In this document: positions 11,012-21,843 of the stretch, piece after piece
Layout of the letters: each line of letters starts with the position of its first letter
Numbering within the stretch: position 1 is the first letter of the stretch
Assembly (NCBI GenBank): GCA_963766075.1
Contig: CAVYAN010000010.1
Location: 45,611 to 109,610, forward strand
Length of the DNA stretch: 64,000 nucleotides
Source of the DNA: an uncultured cyanobacterium
Lineage (GTDB): Bacteria; Cyanobacteriota; Cyanobacteriia; Leptolyngbyales; Leptolyngbyaceae
Direction of reading: 5' to 3'
Notes under the pieces: generated by a model
The model's input: the letters and a program-made list of their open reading frames with translations, nothing else
What the model was told of the DNA's origin: nothing
The model's database searches: none
Position numbers and translations under genes: made by a program

Positions 11012-14000
11012 TTAACCCATTATGTTGGTGATAGGCTGCTCCACTTCATCTCCAGAATTATTTTGATTCAATTTTCCTTTGCGATCGCGCCAGAGTTTGT
11101 AATAGAGAATAGGAACGGCCGATCGCGACAGTAACAGGGATGCCACTTCACCCGCCATCAACGAGATTGCTAATCCCTGGAAAATCGGATCAGCCAAAAT
11201 GATAGCTGATCCCACAAACACAGCCGCAGCCGTGAGCAGCATGGGCCGGAATCGGACAGCCCCCGCATCGATTACGGCTTCTTCTAGAGGCATGCCTTCT
11301 TTCAAGCGTAATTCAATGAAGTCCACCAGAATAATCGAGTTGCGCACCACAATCCCGGCTCCGGCGATGAAACCAATCATCGATGTTGCCGTAAAAAATG
11401 ACCCCATTAACCAATGGGCAGGCATAATGCCGATCAGCGAAAAAGGAATTGCCGCCATGATCACCAGCGGGGTTGCAAAGGAGTGAAACCAGCCCACCAT
11501 CAAGGCATAAATCAGCAATAGCACCACCGCAAAGGCAATCCCCAGATCACGAAAGACCTCATAGGTGACTTGCCATTCCCCATCCCACTTGATTGCGTAG
11601 GTTTCGGTGGTTGGGGGCTGTTCCGTCAGGTAGGTCTGAACCTTAGTGCCAGTGGTCGGAACGAGCTTATCGATCTGCGGTTGGAGGCTGAGCATCGCAT
11701 AAACAGCACTCTCGACCTTGCCGGAAACGTCACCCAGGACATAGACAACGGGCTGCAAGTTTTTGTGGTAAATGCTGGTATCTGCCGTCGTCGTTTCCGT
11801 TTTCACCAGGGCACTCAAGGGGACTAAATTACCCGTTGCTCCCTTGAGGTTGAGAGCTTTCAGGTCATCCAGACTGGTACGACTTGATGGGCTGAACCGC
11901 AGATTAATCGCCACATCCTCACGGGCATTTTCATCATGGAGTAGCCCCACGTTTTGTCCCGATAGCGCCATTTGCAAGACTTCGGAAATCTGGGTAGGAC
12001 TAATACCATTGAGGGCGGCTTTCTCGCGATCGATCACTAGGCGATAATCCGTCTGGGGTGCTTCCACATACCAGTCTACATCGACGACTCCATCGGTTGA
12101 CTGATACAACTGGCGAATTTTGGTGGCGAGGTCAATTTGGCCTTGATAATCGGGACCATACACCTCAGTCACCAGCGTTTGCAGCACTGGGGGCCCAGGG
12201 GGAATTTCGGCAACTTGGATGCGGGCATTGTAGCGATCGCCAATTTCCTTCAACTTAGGACGAATCGCTTTGGCAATATCGTGACTCTGACGCTGGCGAT
12301 AGCCTTTGGGCAAAAAGTTCACTTGAATATCCGCAACATTGGATCCCGATCGCAAAAAGTAATGTCGCACCAACCCATTGAAATTATAGGGAGAAGACGT
12401 GCCGACATAACTTTGATAGTGAATCACTTCCGGGACGGTCGCCAGATACTGTCCCATTTCTCGCGTTGCTCTAGCGGTCTGCTCTAGCGTTGTGCCTTCC
12501 GGCATATTCACGACCACCTGCAACTCGCTCTTGTTGTCAAACGGCAGCATCTTGAGAATCACCCGCTTAAAGCCTGCGAGCCCACCGACAATACAGACCA
12601 AAGCCAACACCGTTGCGATCAGAAACGTGGTTCCCCGTCGCGGATAATGCACCAGGGGATACATAAATCGGCGATACAAGTGACTCAGGGCATCCTCTCC
12701 ATGATCATGGGCAGCGTGACTGGCACCGCTAAAGACTCGCATCGTGGTCCAGGGCACCACAATGAAAGCGACCAATGCCGAAAAAATCATCGCAGCCGAG
12801 GCACCCAACGGGATGGGCAGCATGTACGGTCCCATTAAGCCGCCCACAAACGCCATGGGCAGAATCGCCGCAATCACTGCTAACGTAGCCAGAATGGTAG
12901 GGTTGCCCACCTCATCCACCGCTTCCAGCACGATCTGTTGCAGGGTGCGCCGCCGATTGACCGACTGCTGTAGGCGCGTTTTATTTTCAGGCAGTTGGAG
13001 ATGACGACCCACATTTTCCACAACCACGATCGCATCGTCTACCAGAATTCCAATCGAGAAGATGAGGGCAAAGAATGTGACCCGATTCAGGGTGAAGTGA
13101 TAGAAAACAAAACTAGCCAGTGTTAATGCTAAGGTAACCGGAATCGATACCGCCACCACCATGGCCTCTTTTTTGCCCATCACAAACCACATCAGGATCG
13201 TCACCGAGCCCATGGCAATCAGCATATGGAACAGGAGTTCATTAGACCGTTCAGCCGCTGTTTCGCCATAGTCCCGTGTGACGGTGAGATGAACCGTCTT
13301 GGGAATATAGTTGTGTTTAATTTGCTCCAGCTTGTGGAGAACATGGTGAGAGACCTGAATTGCGTTAGCTCCAGACCGCTTGGCGATCGCGATCGTCACC
13401 GCCTCCGTTTCACCGAGAAATTTTGAATTTTGAATTTTGAATTTTGAATTCCCCCCTGCTCCTTGCCCAAAGAACACATAACTAGCAGGTTCTTCTGAAC
13501 CATCCGTAACGGTAGCGACATCCCGTAAATAAACCGGTTGATTGTTGGCAACCGCAACCACCAATCCTTTCGCCTCTTCCGCCGATCGCATAAAACTTTG
13601 GGTTCTAACCAAAAATGATTGATTATTCTGGTTGAAAGCCCCACTGGCCAGCTCAGTATTTTGCCCCTGAAAGGCTTTTGAGATCTCTAAGGGGGTTAAG
13701 CCATAGGCCTTGAGCCGGGTTGGCTCGAGATTGACGCGTAATTGCCGTTTTTGTCCCCCGATGATCGTCGTTTCTGAAACATCGGGAACCTGCTTGATTT
13801 GCTCATCTAATTGGGCCGCAATTTGCCGTAATTCTGCTCCAGTACTTTGTTCGCCCCATAGCGTGAGCGTCAGAATGGGGACATCATCAATGGATCTTGA
13901 CTTGATCAACGGTTGAGAAACGCCCGGTGGAATCTTGTCAAAGTTGGCGTAGAGCTTGTTGTAAAGCTGCACCACAGCATCTTCTGGGTTTTGTCCCACT

Positions 14001-14350
14001 AGAAAGCGCACAATCACCAGGGATGAACCCGGACGCGATGTGGAATAGACATATTCCACGCCCGGAAGTTCTTTGATTAACTTCTCCAGGGGGGCGGTGA
14101 CCCGCTGTTCCACATCTTTGGCAGAGGCTCCTGGCATTTGCACGAACACATCGGCCATCGGCACGGTGATTTGTGGTTCCTCTTCCCGTGGTAAAATCAG
14201 AGTTGCTCCAAGGCCCAACAGCAGTGCCACCAGGATGATCAGGGGTGTCAGCTTGGAGTCGATGAATTTCTTGGCTAAATTACCAACGAAGCCTAATTTA
14301 GGGTGATGGGAGGATGGGGATTGATGTCCATTCGGTTCGTTCTGCGTCAT
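11012..14350 (-). CDS. RND (AcrB/CusA-like) efflux transporter
   Basis: [42 protein letters not shown] motifs; 1112 aa. Confidence 0.92.
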   Translation of the reverse strand: MTQNEPNGHQSPSSHHPKLGFVGNLAKKFIDSKLTPLIILVALLLGLGATLILPREEEPQITVPMADVFVQMPGASAKDVEQRVTAPLEKLIKELPGVEYVYSTSRPGSSLVIVRFLVGQNPEDAVVQLYNKLYANFDKIPPGVSQPLIKSRSIDDVPILTLTLWGEQSTGAELRQIAAQLDEQIKQVPDVSETTIIGGQKRQLRVNLEPTRLKAYGLTPLEISKAFQGQNTELASGAFNQNNQSFLVRTQSFMRSAEEAKGLVVAVANNQPVYLRDVATVTDGSEEPASYVFFGQGAGGNSKFKIQNSKFLGETEAVTIAIAKRSGANAIQVSHHVLHKLEQIKHNYIPKTVHLTVTRDYGETAAERSNELLFHMLIAMGSVTILMWFVMGKKEAMVVAVSIPVTLALTLASFVFYHFTLNRVTFFALIFSIGILVDDAIVVVENVGRHLQLPENKTRLQQSVNRRRTLQQIVLEAVDEVGNPTILATLAVIAAILPMAFVGGLMGPYMLPIPLGASAAMIFSALVAFIVVPWTTMRVFSGASHAAHDHGEDALSHLYRRFMYPLVHYPRRGTTFLIATVLALVCIVGGLAGFKRVILKMLPFDNKSELQVVVNMPEGTTLEQTARATREMGQYLATVPEVIHYQSYVGTSSPYNFNGLVRHYFLRSGSNVADIQVNFLPKGYRQRQSHDIAKAIRPKLKEIGDRYNARIQVAEIPPGPPVLQTLVTEVYGPDYQGQIDLATKIRQLYQSTDGVVDVDWYVEAPQTDYRLVIDREKAALNGISPTQISEVLQMALSGQNVGLLHDENAREDVAINLRFSPSSRTSLDDLKALNLKGATGNLVPLSALVKTETTTADTSIYHKNLQPVVYVLGDVSGKVESAVYAMLSLQPQIDKLVPTTGTKVQTYLTEQPPTTETYAIKWDGEWQVTYEVFRDLGIAFAVVLLLIYALMVGWFHSFATPLVIMAAIPFSLIGIMPAHWLMGSFFTATSMIGFIAGAGIVVRNSIILVDFIELRLKEGMPLEEAVIDAGAVRFRPMLLTAAAVFVGSAIILADPIFQGLAISLMAGEVASLLLSRSAVPILYYKLWRDRKGKLNQNNSGDEVEQPITNIMG
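13420..13450. repeat. Heptamer tandem repeat (attttga, about four copies) inside the RND gene
   Basis: aattttgaattttgaattttgaattttgaatt, read in frame as [11 protein letters not shown]. Confidence 0.9.
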
Positions 14351-14362
14351 TTCTTTACTCCC

Positions 14363-15709
14363 CTATTCCCGCAGGGCGATGGGTTGTCCGTCGCTGAGTT
14401 GGCTGATGTTGCTGGTGATGATGCGATCGCCTGCCATCAGACCTGAAACAATCTCGATCTGGTCATTTTGCGATTTCCCGGTTTTAACCCAACGCAGTGC
14501 TGCCGTCGATTGATTGGATGAATTCGTCTCTATCCCATAAACTCCCTGCAATTGGCCGCGTTGAATCAGAGCCGCCGTGGGAATGAGAATGGTTTCCTGT
14601 TTTTCATCTAAAGGCAGGACGATCCGGCCAAACATCCCGGAAATCAACCTGCCGGAATTTTTGAGCGAAATCTTGACCAGGAAGCTGCGAGAAGTGGGGT
14701 CTGAGGCCGGAACAATTTGCTGAATCGTTGCTGGCAATGTTTGATTTACGGCATCGACTCGAACTTTGACAGGTTGACCAACCCGCACGAACCGCACATT
14801 TTCTTCAGGCACAGCAATCTCCAGTTGGAGTCGGTCTGGATTTTCGACTTTCAGCAGTGCTGTTCCCGGAGCGGCCATTTCCCCTTCGTAGGCCAGTTTT
14901 TGAACGACTACCCCGTCAAAGGGGGCAACCACTGTACCGTAACTCTCGCTGATCGAGGCCGATGCGACACCTGATTCTGCCTGGTGGACCGATGACTGGG
15001 ACTGCTCCACCGCTGCCCCAGCCTGCCCAATCGCAGCTTTGGCTTGGCGAACTCCCGCCTCGACTTGGACGACCTTGGCTTGGGCCTGGGCTAAGGCCGT
15101 ATTGGCCTGATCCAGGCGTTCTTGGGAAACGGCCCCCTCGGCGCGGAGGCTGGCCATCCGGCCCTGATCAATTTTGGCCAGTTGCAGTGCTGCTTGCGCC
15201 TCAATTTTTTGCGCATCTAGCTGGCTGAGGGTGGCTTGCGATCGAGATAACTCAGCCTGAGCCTGAACCACCCCAGCCTGGGCCTGAACCACCCCAGATC
15301 TTGCCTGGTCAGTTTGGGCAGAGATGTCGGTCACGTCAATCTGAGCTAGCACCGCTCCCTTGCGAAAGCGATCGCCGGATTCCAGCGCCAGTTGCGTGAT
15401 CCGCCCCATCACCCGAGTAGACAGGGTAGCTTGTTCCAGAGGGCGAATTGTCCCCGAGAGTTCCAGCGTATTGGCGATCGCCTGGGCGCGAATCTCTAGA
15501 GTCTTCACCGCGATCGCTGGGACTGATACGGCGGCTGGTGCATCAGACACACGCGTAATGTGCAGAATCCCCCAGATGCCCCCTGTCAGCAGTAAGGAGC
15601 CTCCCAGCAACAGTCCCCACTGCTTTCGCGACAATTTTGGGGATGGCCGGTGGTTTTCTCTGAGCAATACGATCCCTCGATACGCTTCATCCGAAGTCGT
15701 GTGAGTCAT
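14363..15709 (-). CDS. RND periplasmic adaptor (membrane fusion protein)
   Basis: TM anchor, barrel-sandwich, long AQA coiled coil, APFDGVV, SGMFGR. Confidence 0.9.
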   Translation of the reverse strand: MTHTTSDEAYRGIVLLRENHRPSPKLSRKQWGLLLGGSLLLTGGIWGILHITRVSDAPAAVSVPAIAVKTLEIRAQAIANTLELSGTIRPLEQATLSTRVMGRITQLALESGDRFRKGAVLAQIDVTDISAQTDQARSGVVQAQAGVVQAQAELSRSQATLSQLDAQKIEAQAALQLAKIDQGRMASLRAEGAVSQERLDQANTALAQAQAKVVQVEAGVRQAKAAIGQAGAAVEQSQSSVHQAESGVASASISESYGTVVAPFDGVVVQKLAYEGEMAAPGTALLKVENPDRLQLEIAVPEENVRFVRVGQPVKVRVDAVNQTLPATIQQIVPASDPTSRSFLVKISLKNSGRLISGMFGRIVLPLDEKQETILIPTAALIQRGQLQGVYGIETNSSNQSTAALRWVKTGKSQNDQIEIVSGLMAGDRIITSNISQLSDGQPIALRE

Positions 15710-15724
15710 AGTTCTTCTTTCTCG

Positions 15725-16078
15725 CTAAAAGCGATTGCCTCGCTGTACAGAATATCCAGCGCTTTGCCATGCCAGTAGGCCCCCCTGCAGGTTGTAGACC
15801 TGACGGTAACCTTGAGTGACTAATTCTTGAGCGGCGATCGCGCTTCGATGGCCCGATAGGCACGTAATCGCGATCGGCTGGTCTTTAGAGATGGTCTTCA
15901 GAATGCGATCGCGGCTTAACCGTTGTGCTCCGGGCACATGTCCCATCACGTATTCTAACCAGCCCCGCACATCAATCACCAAGAGTTGCTGTTGGCGTGA
16001 CTTCAGTTGTATAGGCGTGAGTAAAACCGGGTTCATTGTTTGCTTCTGAATGTGTTGCTGAGTTGATTTCATTTTCAT
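15725..16078 (-). CDS. Single-domain rhodanese
   Basis: VIDVR..EY..GHVPGA, CLSGHRS, NLQGGLLAW. Confidence 0.88.
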   Translation of the reverse strand: MKMKSTQQHIQKQTMNPVLLTPIQLKSRQQQLLVIDVRGWLEYVMGHVPGAQRLSRDRILKTISKDQPIAITCLSGHRSAIAAQELVTQGYRQVYNLQGGLLAWQSAGYSVQRGNRF

Positions 16079-16091
16079 AGGTTTTTCCTGC

Positions 16092-16493
16092 TTAAATTCG
16101 ACTCATCACGGCGAATGATTTAACGAACGGTCCGGCCATTCTGGGATCTTTAATCATGGCGGTGTAGTCTCCCACTCGAAATTGCAACTTGCGAGTGATG
16201 TACGCCATGCTTAATCCCATCATGTTCAACCCTTTGGTTTTCCACTGTTGCCAGTGGTCGCGATCGGCGCGTAAATCCCAATTTAGTTTTTGGCCGGCAT
16301 AGGTTTCCGCAGCCACCGCTCGTCCCGCTTGAATCGTGAGAACGCCGACCGGATTGACATCCTCTTCAAAGCCATAACCGATGACTGAATCGAAGTAAAT
16401 CTCGGCCAGAGCATGGGCTAGCTCGGGTTCCGCATTCCACTGTTCAGCAAACCTCTGCATCCATTCGGGTGAAAACAAATCTAAATCTGTCAT
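16092..16493 (-). CDS. SCP2-like (sterol carrier fold) protein
   Basis: LFSPEWMQRFAEQWN start; KLQFRVGDY..MIKDPRMAGPF. Confidence 0.65.
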   Translation of the reverse strand: MTDLDLFSPEWMQRFAEQWNAEPELAHALAEIYFDSVIGYGFEEDVNPVGVLTIQAGRAVAAETYAGQKLNWDLRADRDHWQQWKTKGLNMMGLSMAYITRKLQFRVGDYTAMIKDPRMAGPFVKSFAVMSRI

Positions 16494-16519
16494 TGGTTTC
16501 TCCCCATTAATTTTGAACA

Positions 16520-17059
16520 TTATTCGTAACTGGAAACAGTCCGCCATTCTTGAACTAATGACGGTGAAACAGAGAGCCTGATGGCCTCTCCCTGGAGCGT
16601 CGGCAAGGCCAACGTGAGGGGAATCTCTGCTTGTAACTGCGAGAGTAGCGGCTGAAGATCGTACTGCCCTACGTTGGGTTCAAGGTGATTGCGCTCCGTG
16701 AAGATATCGTGGGTGGTATCAGTCGCCACTAGGGTATTTCCCAGGGAGTTGGTTAACGTCAGGGGATGGGCGCGATCGATTTCAACCCCGCCTGGGAATC
16801 CCACTAACCGCAACTCGAAGCTGGTTTTGCCATCGGGGCGGATGCGCTTGAAGGCTACTGTCTGCCAGCTATTGCCATGCTGATCTTTGAGGGTTTGGCG
16901 GGCCTGATAAACGATTTGTCCCGGTGCTTCCTCCAGTTGACGGATAGCAGCAGTGGCACTGGGTAGATTCAGCATCCCCACCCCCAGCAGCACACCCAGA
17001 ATAATCGCACCCAACAACAATAACCCTGAAAAAAACTTCCGAATTTGACATCCCATCAC
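16520..17059 (-). CDS. DUF3122-like exported protein
   Basis: Signal peptide, QARQTLKD..GNSWQ, LRLVGFPG, NVGQYDL. Confidence 0.7.
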   Translation of the reverse strand: MMGCQIRKFFSGLLLLGAIILGVLLGVGMLNLPSATAAIRQLEEAPGQIVYQARQTLKDQHGNSWQTVAFKRIRPDGKTSFELRLVGFPGGVEIDRAHPLTLTNSLGNTLVATDTTHDIFTERNHLEPNVGQYDLQPLLSQLQAEIPLTLALPTLQGEAIRLSVSPSLVQEWRTVSSYE

Positions 17060-17068
17060 TATGGACTC

Positions 17069-17365
17069 CTATTGAGGATTAAGAGCTCGATGAGTCTGCG
17101 TGCACAAGGCCAGCAGCTCCGGATCAATCACTCGGTAATACCGCCAAATCCCTTCCCGACGACAGGCAACAACTCCAGCATCTTTCATCAAGCGTAAGTG
17201 TTTGGAAACATTGCCTTGGTGTAACTGCGTGCGATCGCAAATTTTCTGGACGCTGCGTTCCTGATCACAAATCGTCATCAGAATTTGTAGCCTTGTGGGT
17301 TCCGCTAAAATTTTGAACCGATTGGCCAGCGCCTCCAGTTCATCTGGGGTTAGTGCCATCTCCAT
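17069..17365 (-). CDS. ArsR/SmtB-family transcriptional regulator
   Basis: FKILAEPTRLQIL, SVQ..QGNVSKHLRLM..AGVV..RREG; several Cys residues. Confidence 0.9.
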   Translation of the reverse strand: MEMALTPDELEALANRFKILAEPTRLQILMTICDQERSVQKICDRTQLHQGNVSKHLRLMKDAGVVACRREGIWRYYRVIDPELLALCTQTHRALNPQ

Positions 17366-17426
17366 ATGCAGAGACTCCTCACGATTTAAGCTGAAAGAGT
17401 TGAGGAACGTGTGAGGTTTTTTTTCT

Positions 17427-18753
17427 TCAGACAATCGGATGCTCCACCTTTAAACTGGCATCAGCCGACACAGGCTCCACCAGCGGTAACCCGATCGCCC
17501 GAAAGCCCCAACGCTCAAACCAAGGAATCGTCCATCCCAGGCGCATTTTCGGTCAGAAAATATTTCTCAAATCCTAACTTCATCCAAGACACCCAAATGC
17601 CGTGATAGGTGAGTGCCCGGTGGCGATGCCCGGACTCATCCGGTAGGAGCGGATCAGCTAAAAATAGGGCTCCCGTATCGCCAAAATCTGCAAAGCAAAC
17701 GGCCTGTAGAGTGGGCTTAAGCTGTGGACCCGAGGTAACCCCCAACTCTAGAGCAATATTATGGGCCACGGAAAGTGCCATTTCTTCAGTCATCAGGCCC
17801 ACTTTGGGCGCACCGGTGGGGATGGGGGTTTGCTCCACGGCCTTGAGTTGGGTAATCACCCCCACGGCATAAATCGACTCAAAGTCAGGGTGACGATAGG
17901 TCGGCAATACGGGGATAAACCCCTTGGCATCGGTTAAACCCGGAGCCTCCCGCAGGAAGCGCGGACCGCGAAAAGGCGGCAGAACCATCACAAATTTAGC
18001 GGGAATCCTGCGGCCATCCGCTAGGTGAACCGCATCTGGTGCAAAATGCGAAATGGCCGTGTTTTCCATCAGCTCAATTTCGCGATCGGCCATGAATTTG
18101 CGCATCAGCCAGCGGGAATCGGCCATTCCGCCGATACCCAAATGTCCGGCGTAGGGTTCTGAGGTAATGAAGGTGATCGGAACTTGAGCTCGCAGTCCTT
18201 TCTGCTTCAAAACATGATGGATTAAGAACGCAAACTCATAAGCAGGGCCAAAACAACTGGCTCCTGGTGCCGCCCCGACAACAATTGGCCCCGGATCGGC
18301 TAAAAATTTCTCCCAGGCGGCCCCCGCCAACACAGCATGATGCGGATTACACACAGACTGGGTGTAGCCTCCTTCTGGACCTAGTCCAGGAATGGCATCC
18401 AGCGCCAGTTCTGGTCCCGTGGCAATGACGGCATAGTCGTAGTCCAATGTGCGATCGCCTTGGCGTTGCGAAGCAATCTCGCCCAGCGTAATCCGACGAG
18501 ACTTCGGATCAATGGCTGTGACCGCAGCCTGGATTAATTCAATGCCGTGCCGAGGCACGATGGTCGCTAAATCTAATTGGATGCGATCAAGGGACTTTAA
18601 CCCCAACCCGACCCACGGTAACGACGGCACAAACGTAAACTTCGGTTGATTGGAAATCAGCGTCACCTGATGTTCCGGCGGCAAGACATGCCTCAACTCA
18701 TAGGCAGCGGGCAATCCTCCCAGTCCAGCACCAATGACAACAACACGAGCCAT
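17427..18753 (-). CDS. sqr: Sulfide:quinone oxidoreductase, frameshifted at ~17550 near the C-terminus
   Basis: GAGLGG FAD motif, SVC..HA, GASCFGPAYEF, CFADFGD, FEKYFL; removing one base restores KMRLGWTIPWFERWGFRAIGL... Confidence 0.85.
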
Positions 18754-18807
18754 AATTGCGACTCCTACAGTAAGTTTTACAGACAGTAAGTTTTTAAACG
18801 GCCATCC

Positions 18808-19026
18808 TCACTCTTTCACGCCCATCTGCTTCAGCAAGGCAATTAACGGACACCAGCGAGTAAATGCCGATTGCAGCAGATTCAGTCCTATAAATGCGGT
18901 CAAAAACAGCCAGTTGGAATTAACGAGCGCTAGAGACAAGCTGAGGAGCACCATACTGCCGGCTACGAGCCGTACCCATTGGTGCTGAGTCCAAGACGGC
19001 TGACTCCTGTGCATTGGCTTGAGCAT
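18808..19026 (-). CDS. DUF2892/YgaP-like membrane protein
   Basis: VRLVAGSMVL...GLNLLQSAFTRWCPL. Confidence 0.85.
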   Translation of the reverse strand: MLKPMHRSQPSWTQHQWVRLVAGSMVLLSLSLALVNSNWLFLTAFIGLNLLQSAFTRWCPLIALLKQMGVKE

Positions 19027-19058
19027 TGTCCCCTCCAGCAAATTAAGGTGTTAATACT

Positions 19059-19080
19059 ACTATACAGTTATATGACTAAT
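19059..19080 (-). promoter_or_regulatory. Candidate -10 box and palindromic ArsR-type operator for the sqr operon
   Basis: Near-palindrome agttatatgact (19066-19077) next to a minus-strand TATAGT (19059-19064). Confidence 0.4.
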
Positions 19081-19295
19081 AATCTTAGTCGTTGCAAAAC
19101 TTTAAGGTTTTTCAGGATTTTGTGATGGAGTTAAAGACGGTGGGATTAAAGACACTGGGGCTAAAAGCAGTGGGGTTGACTCTGACGAGTCGGCGATCGC
19201 CCAACCCCATCGAGCAAATTCAATATTTTTCCCATTCTTTAGCCAGGGCATTTAGAATAAGCACTGGCCATCTCGCTATTACAACGGTCTGAGCT

Positions 19296-19844
19296 GTGCA
19301 AATTCCTTTTCCTGAAGAACGCAATCCTGATGCAGCCCTTCGGGGTGATGCTAGATTACAAGGAGTGATCGCGCATCTATCAACAACCCTAGAGCGGGAT
19401 CAGCTAGTGGGGCAGGTCACGGATGATCTACAGCGCCAACTTGGGGTCGATCGCGTGCTCTTATACTATTTCTATCGTCAGTGGAAAGGGCAGGTCACCT
19501 TTGAAGCCCTGAGTGCTCCGCAGTTTTCCCTCTTCGGATCAACTGGCCCGGATGAATGCTTCAACGGCGACTATGCTGCAATGTATTTAGCCGGTCGGGT
19601 CCGGGCAATCGCCAATATCGAAACGGAGCCGATCACCGATTGTCACCGTGATTTTCTGCGCAGTCTCCAGGTTCGGGCCAATTTAGTGGTGCCCGTGCTG
19701 ATTCCCCAGGGGTTATGGGGTTTGCTGGTGTCCCATCATTGCCAATCGGTACGCTCTTGGACTGAGGCCGATATTGTGGCAATGCGCCACGGGGCCGATG
19801 TGTTAGCGACTGCACCAGCGATTCGAGGCCATGGAGCCGTGTAA
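19296..19844 (+). CDS. Stand-alone GAF-domain protein
   Basis: LGVDRVLLYYF, CHRDFLRSLQVRANLVVP, LWGLLVSHHC..R.W. Confidence 0.85.
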   Translation: MQIPFPEERNPDAALRGDARLQGVIAHLSTTLERDQLVGQVTDDLQRQLGVDRVLLYYFYRQWKGQVTFEALSAPQFSLFGSTGPDECFNGDYAAMYLAGRVRAIANIETEPITDCHRDFLRSLQVRANLVVPVLIPQGLWGLLVSHHCQSVRSWTEADIVAMRHGADVLATAPAIRGHGAV

Positions 19845-19981
19845 GGGGCCCGTTTGCTAGGGCGGCGTGCCGCATGATTGGGTAGAGAAGATTTCACGGG
19901 GAAAAACGTGCCCAGACAAAGTAAAGGCGATCGCTGATTAGCGATCGCCCTTCAGGTGTGAGAACTTGTGGGATGGAGCGA

Positions 19982-20812
19982 CTAGCCGCGCTTTGGCTTG
20001 CTCTGCCGACTGGACAAATACGTGATCGTTAAGAGCGCCAGTCCAATCAATCCAAAAGAAAAAATAGTCGTCAGTGTCCCCAAGGCATAGAGCGCCGGAG
20101 ATGTGACGTTGGTGGTCATGCCAAAAATTTCTAGCGGCAGGGTGTTGGTGTCCCCGGAGGCCAGAGACGTGCGGGTAAATTCATCATAGGAAAGGGTAAA
20201 GCTCAGAAATGCCACGCCAATGACACTAGAGGCAATCAGGGGAAAGACCACTTGCCAAAATGTGGTGACATCATTTGCGCCGAGGTCACGGGCGGCTTCC
20301 TCATAGGCAGGGTTAAATCGCCCAAAGATCCCCAGCATAATCAGAAAGGCAAACGGGATTGTCCAGGTTACATGCGCGCCTAGGGCTGAGGTATACCAGG
20401 CATTGGTTAGCCCTGTTAAGTTAAATACAACCGCAATCCCGAGGGAAATTAAAATGCTGGGAACAATCAGGCTAGAAATGGTGAGGTAAAAAATTATATT
20501 TGAACCCTTGAATCGGCTGCGAAACGCCATCCCAGACATGACGCTAAAGATCACCGTGAGCACCATGACAATTAATCCGAGAAAGAGCGATCGCCAAAAG
20601 GCATCCACAAAGTTACCGACCCGCTGTTCCTCAAAGACAGATTGCATCCACATGAAACTAAACCCTTTCATGGGGAAGGTGAGACTGCCCTCAGGCCCTT
20701 GCAAGGACAGGATAAACACAGCGGACATGGGACCATAAAGAAACAAGATAAACAGGCCAAAAAATCCGGCCAGTAAGTAATAGGAGAGTGGGCGCTTTTT
20801 CTTTTCCATCAT
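19982..20812 (-). CDS. ABC importer permease (PotC-like)
   Basis: EAA loop YEEAARDLGA, FTLSYDEF, TLPLEIF. Confidence 0.9.
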   Translation of the reverse strand: MMEKKKRPLSYYLLAGFFGLFILFLYGPMSAVFILSLQGPEGSLTFPMKGFSFMWMQSVFEEQRVGNFVDAFWRSLFLGLIVMVLTVIFSVMSGMAFRSRFKGSNIIFYLTISSLIVPSILISLGIAVVFNLTGLTNAWYTSALGAHVTWTIPFAFLIMLGIFGRFNPAYEEAARDLGANDVTTFWQVVFPLIASSVIGVAFLSFTLSYDEFTRTSLASGDTNTLPLEIFGMTTNVTSPALYALGTLTTIFSFGLIGLALLTITYLSSRQSKPKRG

Positions 20813-20817
20813 TCCTC

Positions 20818-21729
20818 CTAAAGTTCCTTGCGAATATCGACAACGCGCAAAATCGCAAACACCAGAATTAGCGTCACCAGCAACAGAATCACCGCATTGG
20901 CGGCGGCGAGGGGATATTGCAGGCTACCAATCTGATTTTTAATCAAGTTGCCGACGGAGGCAACTTGGCCTCCTCCCATGAGCCGCACAGTGGCAAACTC
21001 GCCCATCACTAGCGTGGTGATAAAAATAGTCCCAATCGCAATCCCGGAAGCCGATAGGGGCAGAATAATTTCTTTCTGAATTTGAAAGGGAGAGGCTCCA
21101 GCATCCTCCGCAGCCGCCACTAAGGCACGGTCAATCCGCATCATGCTGTTGAAAATGGGAGCCACCATGAACAGGGCATAGAGATGGACCATCGCCAAGA
21201 TTACCGAAAAGTCTGAGAACAGAAACATCTCAATGGGTTTGTCGGTAACATGCAATCCCATTAGCGCCTGGTTAATTAAACCTTCTCGTCCTAAAAATGG
21301 AATCCAAGAAATCATCCGAATGATATTCGAGGTGAGAAACGGTACCGTACAAACCAAAAACAGAATCGTTTGCCACTTGGAATTCTTAATGTGAAACGAT
21401 AGGAAATACGCGACGGGATAGGCAATCAGTAAGCAAATCAGCCATACAATTCCCGCAAACTTAAACGTATTCAAATAGGTGGCAACGGTGACCTTCGAGG
21501 TGAAGACGGTAATGTAATTGGCCAATGTAAAGCCGGGAACCATGGCATAGCCATTGAAGTTCCAAAAGCTGACCGTGATGATGGCGGCGATCGGCAACAC
21601 CAAAAACAGCAGCAACACGATGGTTTGGGGCGATACCAGCAGGTAGGGCTGGAGGGCCTTCCAGTTGAATGCCTTGGTTCGACTGGGACGAATGGGTGGG
21701 GCAGTGGGCAGATCTTGAGCTGCTGTCAT
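20818..21729 (-). CDS. ABC importer permease (PotB-like)
   Basis: IDRALVAAAEDAGAS loop; multiple TM helices. Confidence 0.9.
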   Translation of the reverse strand: MTAAQDLPTAPPIRPSRTKAFNWKALQPYLLVSPQTIVLLLFLVLPIAAIITVSFWNFNGYAMVPGFTLANYITVFTSKVTVATYLNTFKFAGIVWLICLLIAYPVAYFLSFHIKNSKWQTILFLVCTVPFLTSNIIRMISWIPFLGREGLINQALMGLHVTDKPIEMFLFSDFSVILAMVHLYALFMVAPIFNSMMRIDRALVAAAEDAGASPFQIQKEIILPLSASGIAIGTIFITTLVMGEFATVRLMGGGQVASVGNLIKNQIGSLQYPLAAANAVILLLVTLILVFAILRVVDIRKEL

Positions 21730-21843
21730 GGCTAACTCCAAGTTAGGTGTAGTGGGTAACCATACGGACACGTAATGGCCTGCGTGTCCGTCATGGTTAC
21801 CCATGGGCGATCGCGAGAAGGCGATCACGAGAAATTGAACGCG

